From positions 1 through 61,041 of the forward strand of contig JBBRSB010000032.1 of assembly GCA_038245785.1 (NCBI GenBank): 61,041 nucleotides of DNA. The letters are read 5' to 3'. Of this stretch, positions 30,045 through 38,673 are shown piece after piece (position 1 is the first letter of the stretch; every line of letters starts with the position of its first letter). Source of the stretch: Gloeobacterales cyanobacterium (lineage in GTDB: Bacteria > Cyanobacteriota > Cyanobacteriia > Gloeobacterales > PMM-0068). The translations under genes and the position numbers were made by a program. Below the pieces are notes generated by a model. It had not been told where the DNA came from, did no database searches, and saw only the letters and a list, made by a program, of their open reading frames with translations.

Positions 30045-32165
30045 ATGTCAGAATTTCATACGGATGGAGCCATTCTCGGCACTGATGAATCGCCTGACAA
30101 GCTCAATCGAACTGTCTTTGCTGAGTACATCGCTGATGTCATGCTGACGCTGCCAAAGGATTCTGGTTTTGTCCTCTCCTTAGAAGCACCTTGGGGGCAT
30201 GGAAAAACTTCAGTCCTGAATCTGATTCAAAAGCGATTTAAAGAGAAAGAAGTAAAGAATCAGCCAATTGTCTGTAAATTTAATCCCTGGATGATGGGTA
30301 GTGCAGAAACACTGGTTCAAAATTTACTTGTGCAGTTGGCGGCCTCGATTGAACTCCCTGATCATGTTGAGGATGGGAAAAAAGCTGCAAAAGCATTGTT
30401 AACTTATTCCGAAATGTTTTCAGTGCTTAAGTTTGTTCCTGGCACTGAGCCATGGGCAACTCTAATTAAGGGTGTTTTTGAGGCTGTTGGTAAGTCAACA
30501 GAAAAAATTGCAGATCTTAAAAAATTGGATATTGAGAAACGTCGTGATGAAGTTGTAGAAGCTCTACGTGATCTTGATCAACAAATTGTCATTATTGTTG
30601 ATGATATTGATCGCTTACCTCCGAAAGAAGTTTTTGAGATTGTGCGCCTAGTAAAAGCAGTCGCTGACTTTCCATGTGTCGTCTATATTCTTTGTTACGA
30701 TCCTTCGTATGTTGAAGCATCCTTAAAGTCTGCACAAATTGAGGAGCCTGGACTTTATCTTGACAAAATTGTTCAAATGAAATTGAGTCTTCCTGTCATA
30801 TCGGGAGATGATCTTGAGGCTTTGTTCGAGCAAGAATATGATGCACTCCCAAGAGAAGAGAATGTCTTTCCTAATATGGCAGAGAGGCTTAATAAACTTT
30901 GGTATCGTGGCCTCAGAGAAATTCTCGAAACACCACGAGATATCAAACGCCTCTTCAATAGAGTTCGTTTTGTTGAGCCTGGATGTCGAGGCAACGTGAA
31001 CCGAGCTGATCTTCTTGCTTTACAGGCTATTGCGTTAAAAGCTAACAAGGTATATCAGCATCTTTGTAAAAAAACAGAAGCATATATAGGGGTCGATATA
31101 CATCGTCAATTTGCACTTAATGATCCGAAGGCAATTATTAGCCAAAATGAAACAGAAAGAGGTAAAGCTCTAGCAGAAGCTCCTGTGCATTATCAGGATG
31201 CAGTCCAGAAACTACTCCAAGAACTCTTTCCTCAGTTAGATAATGCTGGGTCTTTTCATCATGGTTATGCTGCAACTCAAGGTCTAATCCGTTTGCCAGA
31301 CCGTCTCAAAATAGCCTTGTCTGGTGGACTACCTTCTCAGGAAGTATCTTATACTGATGCTATTGAATTCTTATCTTCAAATAGTCATAGATCGGAGCTC
31401 CTTGAAAATATTCTTGAGAAAAATCTGTTTCCTCGTTTCATTCATCAACTGCGTATAGCAGCCGATAGGACTAGGGTCGATAATCTTGAAAGCTTAATTG
31501 CTCAAGTTGGGAAAGTACTAGACTCTCCTAATGATTCTATTCGTCAGCCTAAGGATAGCATGGGTATTTTTGGAATTACTGTAACCGATTCCGCAAAATA
31601 TTTAATAATAGAATTATTGAAAAAAGAAGACGAACCGCAGCGTCTTTCAATTCTCCAGAATCTTTTTGAAAATCCAAAAGCACTTACTCTGTCAACCTCC
31701 TTAGTCTATGACTTGTGTAAGAGGGAAAGGACTTCTGAAGAACAAATTTTGACAGATAGCTCACAAATCGATCAGTTGAAAGTAACTTGGTTAGAAACTC
31801 TTAAATCCATTATTCAAAGTGCAGAAATATTGAACTTGGCGGAAAGTAGAGAGATCTTCCTGGTATTGACGCTCTTAAATCCTGATGTACTTATTCGATC
31901 AATAGATACACTTATAGATTCTGATGAGAAATTTGATAAGTACATAATGGCCATTGCGCCACGAGGGATTTCTTCTAATAAGGGAGCATTTGTTCATTTT
32001 GGAAAAGGATCATCATTAGAAAATTATGGCGGTGAACAACGACTTAAAAGAAGGGCTGAAGAACGCCTTAAGGACTCTTTAGTACAGGGAGAGCTGAGGT
32101 TTATCTTATCTGCGCTCCTATCAAGAAGACAGACTTATTTGAGTGATGGATCAGAAGATATATAA
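30045..32165 (+). CDS. KAP-family P-loop NTPase
   Basis: D.LNR..FA, Walker A APWGHGKTS, FNPW, Walker B IVIIVDDIDR, YLDKIVQ, TPRDIKR; visibly AT-richer than the flanks. Confidence 0.92.
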   Translation: MSEFHTDGAILGTDESPDKLNRTVFAEYIADVMLTLPKDSGFVLSLEAPWGHGKTSVLNLIQKRFKEKEVKNQPIVCKFNPWMMGSAETLVQNLLVQLAASIELPDHVEDGKKAAKALLTYSEMFSVLKFVPGTEPWATLIKGVFEAVGKSTEKIADLKKLDIEKRRDEVVEALRDLDQQIVIIVDDIDRLPPKEVFEIVRLVKAVADFPCVVYILCYDPSYVEASLKSAQIEEPGLYLDKIVQMKLSLPVISGDDLEALFEQEYDALPREENVFPNMAERLNKLWYRGLREILETPRDIKRLFNRVRFVEPGCRGNVNRADLLALQAIALKANKVYQHLCKKTEAYIGVDIHRQFALNDPKAIISQNETERGKALAEAPVHYQDAVQKLLQELFPQLDNAGSFHHGYAATQGLIRLPDRLKIALSGGLPSQEVSYTDAIEFLSSNSHRSELLENILEKNLFPRFIHQLRIAADRTRVDNLESLIAQVGKVLDSPNDSIRQPKDSMGIFGITVTDSAKYLIIELLKKEDEPQRLSILQNLFENPKALTLSTSLVYDLCKRERTSEEQILTDSSQIDQLKVTWLETLKSIIQSAEILNLAESREIFLVLTLLNPDVLIRSIDTLIDSDEKFDKYIMAIAPRGISSNKGAFVHFGKGSSLENYGGEQRLKRRAEERLKDSLVQGELRFILSALLSRRQTYLSDGSEDI

Positions 32166-32246
32166 GTAATAACTATGTGGCAGCCCACAACAGCAGAGTC
32201 CCTCTCCAGAGAGATGGAAAACGGACATAGGTGAGTTTACAAGGGT

Positions 32247-32672
32247 TCACGCATTAGGTTCCCAGGGGTTGATTACCTTTACTCCAAAGTCTTGAAAGTG
32301 TCGGAAATTGCGGGTAGCAACGGTCAAACCATGTCGCATCGCAGTTGCCGCAATCAGTCTATCTACAGCAGGGATGACAATACCGATACGGGAAGCTGCC
32401 GCAGTGCTCTTTCCCCAAATTTCGGCTGTTTCTGCATCTACCCCTAGAATCCGTTCCGCAAACTGTGTTTCCAATCCCAGGAGCCAAGCCGTTAAATCTC
32501 TTTTCTTTTTGCTCTCATCCAAAAGCGCAATACCTTTGACAATCTCGCCCAGGGTCAACACACTTACGTATAAGGACTCGTCTGGTAGCGCAGAGATGAC
32601 TCTAACTACCGATTCTGCGCGATTGGGTTTGCGTAACTCAGCCAGCACACAGGTATCGAGCAGCAGTCTCAT
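32247..32672 (-). CDS. vapC: VapC (PIN) toxin
   Basis: LLDTCVLAE, SVLTLGEI, D.LIAATA, VATRN..HF, INPW. Confidence 0.92.
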   Translation of the reverse strand: MRLLLDTCVLAELRKPNRAESVVRVISALPDESLYVSVLTLGEIVKGIALLDESKKKRDLTAWLLGLETQFAERILGVDAETAEIWGKSTAAASRIGIVIPAVDRLIAATAMRHGLTVATRNFRHFQDFGVKVINPWEPNA

Positions 32673-32911
32673 AGCTCGACCGCTCGCCCCTCACTTTGGT
32701 CTCTCTCAAGGTCAAGACCCTCAAAAGATGGACCCTGCATCAAGTATTCTTTGAAACTTGGCCTCCCTCCGGTTAATCGCCGATATTCCTCTGCAGAAAG
32801 AACCACTGCCGTTTCTATTCCCCGGCGCGTAATTTTTTGTGGCCCTTCGGTCAGGGCACGATCAATCAGATCACTGAATTTATTTTTAGCTTCTGCTAGT
32901 TGCCAGTTCAT
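32669..32911 (-). CDS. Phd/YefM antitoxin
   Basis: WQLAEAKNKFS.LI..A..EGPQ.ITRRG; 4-bp overlap with the toxin gene. Confidence 0.92.
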   Translation of the reverse strand: MNWQLAEAKNKFSDLIDRALTEGPQKITRRGIETAVVLSAEEYRRLTGGRPSFKEYLMQGPSFEGLDLERDQSEGRAVEL

Positions 32912-32927
32912 TGCTACGAAAACCTAT

Positions 32928-32945
32928 CTATCTAGATAGTCTAGC
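32928..32945 (-). promoter_or_regulatory. Putative TA operator and -10 element
   Basis: Perfect palindrome CTATCTAGATAG (32928-32939) overlapping TAGACT on the minus strand, just upstream of the antitoxin. Confidence 0.55.
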
Positions 32946-32949
32946 TATA

Positions 32950-33007
32950 AATTGTCATGCAGCATCTGAAAAGGATGTTTCTCCCCCCAAAGTTGGGGGG
33001 CCGGGGG
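32950..33007 (-). repeat. Right copy of the 58-bp inverted repeat
   Basis: Reverse complement CCCCCGGCCCCCCAACTTTGGGGGGAGAAACATCCTTTTCAGATGCTGCATGACAATT. Confidence 0.85.
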
Positions 33008-33009
33008 GC

Positions 33010-33693
33010 CTACCTACACCAACTCCGAGAAGCTTTCCCCACACAGCTATTTGTCGCTGTCGTTGCGGGAGCTGGAACTGACTGAGCGGTTGACGGAACC
33101 TGAACCCCTGGTAAACCCGGTATGCCCAAACTTCCAAGAGATGTCTGTCCTAGTCCTGGAATATTTCCTAGGGACATATTTGAAATTCCAGGTACTTGGC
33201 CCAAGGTGACATTGCCTAGCCCAGGAATGCCATTGAGCGGAGTATCCAGAACAGAGCGAGGTAAAATCCCTAAGTCTATAGCCCTCTGAAGGGTTAGACC
33301 CGAGAGTGCTTGATTGCCGAGACCACTTCCTCCTAGCCTACTCATATCTATTCCCGGAATTGTATTGGACAGTCTTCCTAAGTCAAAACCAGGAATGGCA
33401 CTCAACGGAATATTGCTGAGTCCAGGAAAGCTGCCAATGGTGGTTACATTGCTATTGAAAATGTTACCCAAAGGAACATTTACCAGTCCTGGGACGGCAG
33501 TTACCCTCTGCCCGAGTAATCCTGGAACTGCGTTTACGAGCGTATTAGAAGGGTAGTTGTTTAAGGACCCTATTACTGCCTGCACAGGTTGGGCAAAAGC
33601 TGAGGATTGCGGCAGACCCAAGAGCAGCAAGAGCGGCACGATTGCTCCTGCTAGCTGTAGTCGCCTGCCCTTCAGCATTCTTTGAAAATTCAT
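33010..33693 (-). CDS. Secreted protein with ~11-aa IPGL repeats
   Basis: Start MNFQRML preferred; signal peptide ending SAFA; repeats PGLGNVTLGQV, PGISNMSLGNI, PGLGQTSLGSL. Confidence 0.75.
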   Translation of the reverse strand: MNFQRMLKGRRLQLAGAIVPLLLLLGLPQSSAFAQPVQAVIGSLNNYPSNTLVNAVPGLLGQRVTAVPGLVNVPLGNIFNSNVTTIGSFPGLSNIPLSAIPGFDLGRLSNTIPGIDMSRLGGSGLGNQALSGLTLQRAIDLGILPRSVLDTPLNGIPGLGNVTLGQVPGISNMSLGNIPGLGQTSLGSLGIPGLPGVQVPSTAQSVPAPATTATNSCVGKASRSWCR

Positions 33694-33856
33694 ATCTTTT
33701 CCAACAATTATGTGTGCCCATGACAGCAAAATCATGGGACGGGTTACCAAACAGCCGTGTGTTAGGCAAGTATTAGAACACGTCCGTTCTATATTCAATG
33801 TAGTGCAACTGAACGGTAAGCGATCTTTGGTAGATCGACGGAAGCTCTTATCTAGA

Positions 33857-35182
33857 CTACAGAAGATTCGCAGCCCGTTCCGCTAGAACAGAACGCTCAC
33901 CCTTAAGCAGCGTAATGTGTCCTGCTAAAGGTTCATCTTTGAACTTTTCCACCACATAGGTAAGACCGTTGCTGGCCGCATCCACGTAGGGATTGTCAAT
34001 CTGGTCCAAGTCTCCTGTAAGTACTATCTTGGTCCCTTCTCCCGCACGGGTGAGAATCGTCTTTACTTCGTGGGGCGTGAGATTTTGGGCCTCATCTACA
34101 ATCAAAAACTGCTTGGGAATCGTCCGTCCACGAATATAGGTAAGCGGCTCAATCTGTAAAACGCCTAGCTCTAAAAGTTCCTCATAGCCTCTGCGCCAAT
34201 GCTTCGGTTTATTCGAAGGGTCTTGGTTGCCGAAAATTAGATCGAAGTTGTCGTAGAGGGGCTGCATCCAGGGGGTGAGCTTTTCGTTTATGTCTCCGGG
34301 CAGATAGCCGATGTCTTTCCCCATCGGAATTACAGGCCGGGATATTAGGAGTCGGGTATATAAATGGTCCTCTACCTTTTGTAAGCCAGCAGCAATTGCT
34401 AAGAGGGTTTTGCCTGTGCCCGCCTTACCGACCAAGGTCACCAAAGGAATGGAATCGCGCAACAACAGATTAAGCGCGAAGTTCTGTTCGCGGTTGCGGC
34501 CATGGATGCGGGAGACTCCAGCGGGAGGCAATTTCCCAAGGGGGACAATTTTGCCATTGACTCCCTCCACCATGGCCAACGCCGTATGGGTAGGATTGTT
34601 CATGTCCACGAGTGTGAGGGCTTGGTTGGCATAGAAGTATCCATCCAAAGTAACCGAACCCTGTTTGAATAGCTGATTGATCTCCTCCGTGCTCACCATC
34701 ACTTCGGCGATACCCGTGTAGAGTTCTTGAACATCGATCTTATCGGTCTTGTAATCTTCAGCAGCAAGCCCCAGGGCGTCCGCTTTGATGCGCATGTTGA
34801 TGTCCTTGCTGACCACCACCACCGGACATTGACATTGGTTCCTAAGTTCTAGGGCTACGGCCAGAATAGCGTTATCGGCTTTATGCCCCTCCAATTCCGG
34901 AGGCAGTTCATCCAACGTCTGCTTAGAACAAAGGGCCACCCGCAAATGGCCACCGCCCCCATTGATCGGAATGCCGTCGATCAGATGTCCTTTTGCCCTC
35001 ATTTCATCTAGGGTTCGCGATACCTGACGAGCATTCAATCCCGTCATCTCCGGCTGCTTCTTAAATCGGTCCAGCTCCTCAATGACGGTAATGGGCAAGA
35101 CCACGTCATTGTCCTGGAAGCGCAGCATGGAAGAGGGGTCGTGCAGGAGTACGTTGGTATCGAGGACAAAGGTTTTCTTCAT
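33857..35182 (-). CDS. PIN-PhoH fusion (PhoH2-type)
   Basis: FVLDTNVLLHD PIN domain; GKAGTGKT, IGYLPG, YIRGRT, DEAQN, GDLDQID. Confidence 0.93.
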   Translation of the reverse strand: MKKTFVLDTNVLLHDPSSMLRFQDNDVVLPITVIEELDRFKKQPEMTGLNARQVSRTLDEMRAKGHLIDGIPINGGGGHLRVALCSKQTLDELPPELEGHKADNAILAVALELRNQCQCPVVVVSKDINMRIKADALGLAAEDYKTDKIDVQELYTGIAEVMVSTEEINQLFKQGSVTLDGYFYANQALTLVDMNNPTHTALAMVEGVNGKIVPLGKLPPAGVSRIHGRNREQNFALNLLLRDSIPLVTLVGKAGTGKTLLAIAAGLQKVEDHLYTRLLISRPVIPMGKDIGYLPGDINEKLTPWMQPLYDNFDLIFGNQDPSNKPKHWRRGYEELLELGVLQIEPLTYIRGRTIPKQFLIVDEAQNLTPHEVKTILTRAGEGTKIVLTGDLDQIDNPYVDAASNGLTYVVEKFKDEPLAGHITLLKGERSVLAERAANLL

Positions 35183-35354
35183 GAAGGATGTGCCAGACGC
35201 GGACTATAGATTTAATCAGTCTTTAAACTTTATAACGGAGCGGGTTCAGAAGTACTAGGGAATACCAGTCATCCATTATTTTTCGCATAACAGGAACACT
35301 TGCTGTAGGACGTCATCATAATAGAAATGCATAAATGCAAGGATATTCCGATAT

Positions 35355-35828
35355 ATGGACAGAATGTACAGAAAAGCAGGAACTTTAATGGGCCTTGGCT
35401 TGCTTGCTGTCAGCTTAATAGCTTGCGGTGGGCAGACTCCAGCCCCTTCAGCGTCGACGGCTGAAAAACCTGCTGCCACCGAAACCCCCAGTGCAGAAAA
35501 ACCTGCAGCAGCCCCAGCAACAGGCGGAAAAGAAATCCTTATGGGCTCCAATACAGGGCAGTTGGTCTACGTTCCTAACACCTTGACTATTAAATCCGGG
35601 GAGACTGTAACGTTCAAAATGAACAAGGCTGGTCCTCACAACGTTATCTTTGAAAAAGTTCCTGGTGATGATGCCGCTTTAATCACCAAACTTTCCCAGA
35701 AGAAACTTGTTAGCAAGCCAGGAGATACAGTTGCCGTCTCTTTTGTCGGTGCGCCTAAAGGAGAATATGACTTCTACTGCACGCCCCACAAAGCAGCAGG
35801 AATGCGAGGAAAAATTACTATTCAGTAA
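35355..35828 (+). CDS. petE: Plastocyanin-family blue copper protein with lipoprotein signal
   Basis: Lipobox LIA-C; Ala/Pro/Glu linker; Cu ligands GPHNV and YCTPHKAAGM. Confidence 0.85.
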   Translation: MDRMYRKAGTLMGLGLLAVSLIACGGQTPAPSASTAEKPAATETPSAEKPAAAPATGGKEILMGSNTGQLVYVPNTLTIKSGETVTFKMNKAGPHNVIFEKVPGDDAALITKLSQKKLVSKPGDTVAVSFVGAPKGEYDFYCTPHKAAGMRGKITIQ

Positions 35829-35969
35829 CTAAAATTCTTCCCCGTTCGTTCTAGAAGATGTTCCTCTGCGCAAGCATGAACATCTTGCTTCTTAGCGTAG
35901 AGAGACGTACGGTCCTGTTGACTAAAATCAGAGCATCGGCTGCTTTGTCTGTATGAAGCAGGAGGACCT

Positions 35970-36776
35970 ATGCCTGAAAAACTAAGCCCAAAACCCATGC
36001 AGCGAGTTGTCGCGGTCCCGGTCCATTTTTTCTCGGGTGCTCTTTATCCCCTAAAGGCTCTTGCCCTGATTTGCCAATCCCCCCAACTACTGGTGGGCAT
36101 CATCATCCCGATTGCTGTGAATTTGCTGCTGGCGGCTGCGCTGTATGCAAGCGTGCTTTTGCCCGGATGGCAGTGGATTGCTCAGTTGGACTCTAGTTTG
36201 CCGAGTTGGGCTGCTTGGCTCGATAACTTTCTACAACTGGTGCTGGCCGTTACTCTTTTTGTGGCGACAGGCTTTCTACTAGTGCAATTTGGGACTGTTC
36301 TCGGTGCTCCCTGGTATGGTCAACTGTCTGAAACGATTGAGAAGTTGAGAATTGGTCAGCTTCCCACAGGCCAGATGAGTCTGGGTCGCATTGTTGAAGA
36401 TATAGGCCGTGCGTTCTCTTTTCAGGTTAAAAAATTAGCTTTAGCGGCTGTCCTTGGCTTGCCTCTGCTGGTCCTAAACTTTTTTCCTCCGGTAGGGACC
36501 CTGATCGCCAGTGCGGGAGCGATTGCGCTTGGAGCTATTCTCGTTAGTCTGGACTTTCTCGATCCTCCTCTTGAGCGTCGTCGTCTAGGTTTTCGGACTA
36601 AACTTAGTCTCTTGGTGCGCACTTTCCCCGCTAGTGCCAGTTTTAGTTTGGTCTGTTTGGGACTGGTCAGTGTCCCATTTTTAAACTTGCTGACTGTTCC
36701 CCTGTGTGTAATCGCAGGTACCCTGTTCAGCTGTGATTATGCCCTACCAAAATTGCAGAATGGGCAAGAAAAGTAG
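35970..36776 (+). CDS. EI24/CysZ-like membrane protein
   Basis: GAPWYGQLSE, LDFLDPPLERR; multi-TM. Confidence 0.8.
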   Translation: MPEKLSPKPMQRVVAVPVHFFSGALYPLKALALICQSPQLLVGIIIPIAVNLLLAAALYASVLLPGWQWIAQLDSSLPSWAAWLDNFLQLVLAVTLFVATGFLLVQFGTVLGAPWYGQLSETIEKLRIGQLPTGQMSLGRIVEDIGRAFSFQVKKLALAAVLGLPLLVLNFFPPVGTLIASAGAIALGAILVSLDFLDPPLERRRLGFRTKLSLLVRTFPASASFSLVCLGLVSVPFLNLLTVPLCVIAGTLFSCDYALPKLQNGQEK

Positions 36777-36869
36777 AGGATTATTGGCCACTCAGAAGAA
36801 GGACGTGTGCTCATCAAGAAGGGCTCTTGACCATCTACCATGATGTAGAAACTTAGCGAATGTATCCCC

Positions 36870-37214
36870 ATGAATTCACTGACCAAAGAGACCGTCCTCG
36901 AAATTATTGACTTGGTGGAAGCTGAAAATAAGAAAGACGCACAGGATGAAGCGATGGGTGTTCCTCTGGTGGAAAGAGTGGCAAGACACTTACAGAGCGC
37001 TAATCCTCTGGACCGGAAGGTTATGGAACTGTCTCAGCCTGAGCGCAATGAACTCCTGGCCTTAGTATCGCTTGGCAGCAATGCTGCTGAGGAGCAAGAC
37101 TGGTCTGGCTTGGTCGAAGCGGCAGCCGCTCGAGAAGTAGACATTGAATATCTGGCGACCAAAGAGGGGCTACTTCAATATCTCCAGGCGGGCTTGCAAA
37201 AACTGAGCCTTTGA
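36870..37214 (+). CDS. DUF3775-like protein
   Basis: ELLALV.LG...DW and YL..K..L..YL.AGL..L patterns. Confidence 0.6.
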   Translation: MNSLTKETVLEIIDLVEAENKKDAQDEAMGVPLVERVARHLQSANPLDRKVMELSQPERNELLALVSLGSNAAEEQDWSGLVEAAAAREVDIEYLATKEGLLQYLQAGLQKLSL

Positions 37215-37347
37215 GGACTCTCTAAGGGGTGAGAGTGCACGGTGGACTAACACTCTCTTTCTGGACAGCAACTATAGTGAGAAAAGTCTGAGTGCCAGGC
37301 AAAGCACTTTTAAGATTGCTTACCTCTATAGTTAGTGCGTTTGACTC

Positions 37348-38673
37348 ATGTCTGTTGTCCTCTTTGAAATATTCATTGTGCTGTTGTTGGTCGCTGCCAA
37401 TGGGATATTTTCGATGTCTGAGATGGCCGTGGTCTCAGCACGCAAGACCCGTCTACAGCAAATGGCAGAAGAAGGAAACAAAGGCGCTAAGGCGGCTATC
37501 GAGCTGGCTGACTCCCCAAATCGATTCTTCTCAACGGTGCAGGTTGGCATTACCCTGATTGGGATTATTGCTGGGGCTTATGGGGGTGCAACCCTTTCAG
37601 AAAAGCTGTCTGCGGCTCTTAATCAAGTGCCTCTCCTCATTCCGTACAGTGGAACTTTGAGCTTTGGACTGGTCGTTGGAGCGATTACTTTTCTCTCGCT
37701 GATTTTTGGTGAGTTGATTCCCAAACGCTTGGCCTTGAGCGATCCAGAGCGTATTGCCTCGACTTTAGCTCCGTCTATGGCGGCCCTTGCCCGTGCTGCT
37801 TCGCCCCTAGTCCACTTTTTGAGCGTAGCAACGGAATATGGACTGAACGTGATTGGGGTAAAGCCTACCGATGAACCGGCCGTTACCGAAAAAGAAATCC
37901 GCCTACTCATCGATCAAGGCACACAGGACGGCACGATTGAAGAGACGGAGCAGGACCTGCTGGAACGGGTATTCCGCTTTGGTGACCGGCAGGTGAGTTC
38001 GTTGATGACTCCGCGCCCGGATATTCTCTGGATCGATTTGGATGCTCCCGAAGAGTCGCTTCGGCAAGAATTTGCCAATAGTCACTACTCACGCTTGCCT
38101 GTATGTCGGGGAGAAATTGATAAGGTTTTAGGTATTGTTCAGGTCAAAGATTTACTGGCTCAACTGCTTCGAGGTGAAACCTTGAATCCGGAAGTCTGTG
38201 TGCGCAAACCACTATTCGTTCCTGAGACAGCCCCCGCACGGCAGGTATTGGAAAAATTCAGAGCCTTGGGGATGGATTTAGCGCTGGTCGTCGATGAGTT
38301 TGGCAGTATCCAAGGGCTGGTGACTCTCAACGATATGCTGGAGGCTCTGGTAGGAGAAATGCCCACTGATGATACACAGGCTGATAGTCAAATCATGCAG
38401 CGAGAGGATGGCTCTTGGTTGGTAGATGGCTCGATGAGTTTGGATGAATTGGAGCATCGGATTGAGCCGCTACCCCGTTTCCAGAGAGCAAACTATCGCA
38501 CGCTTGGCGGATTCATCATGGCTCAGCTGGGGCATATTCCCGTGGTTGCCGAAAATGTCCACTGGCAAGGTTTTTGCTTCGAAGTCATGGATATGGATGG
38601 CAATCGCGTAGACAAAGTTTTGGTGAGTCTCGCGTCAGCAGACGACGTTGTAGATAATCCAGTGGTCTCTTAA
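37348..38673 (+). CDS. Hemolysin-family CNNM/CBS/CorC membrane protein
   Basis: FSMSEMA, TVQVGITL, GELIPK, MTPR, VVDEFGSIQGLVT, TLGGF, DMDGNRVDKV. Confidence 0.92.
   Translation: MSVVLFEIFIVLLLVAANGIFSMSEMAVVSARKTRLQQMAEEGNKGAKAAIELADSPNRFFSTVQVGITLIGIIAGAYGGATLSEKLSAALNQVPLLIPYSGTLSFGLVVGAITFLSLIFGELIPKRLALSDPERIASTLAPSMAALARAASPLVHFLSVATEYGLNVIGVKPTDEPAVTEKEIRLLIDQGTQDGTIEETEQDLLERVFRFGDRQVSSLMTPRPDILWIDLDAPEESLRQEFANSHYSRLPVCRGEIDKVLGIVQVKDLLAQLLRGETLNPEVCVRKPLFVPETAPARQVLEKFRALGMDLALVVDEFGSIQGLVTLNDMLEALVGEMPTDDTQADSQIMQREDGSWLVDGSMSLDELEHRIEPLPRFQRANYRTLGGFIMAQLGHIPVVAENVHWQGFCFEVMDMDGNRVDKVLVSLASADDVVDNPVVS

Noticed and set aside
32166..32246. Integron attC site after the KAP gene
   Set aside because: GCCCACAAC does not fit RYYYAAC well and there is no complementary GTTRRRY arm.
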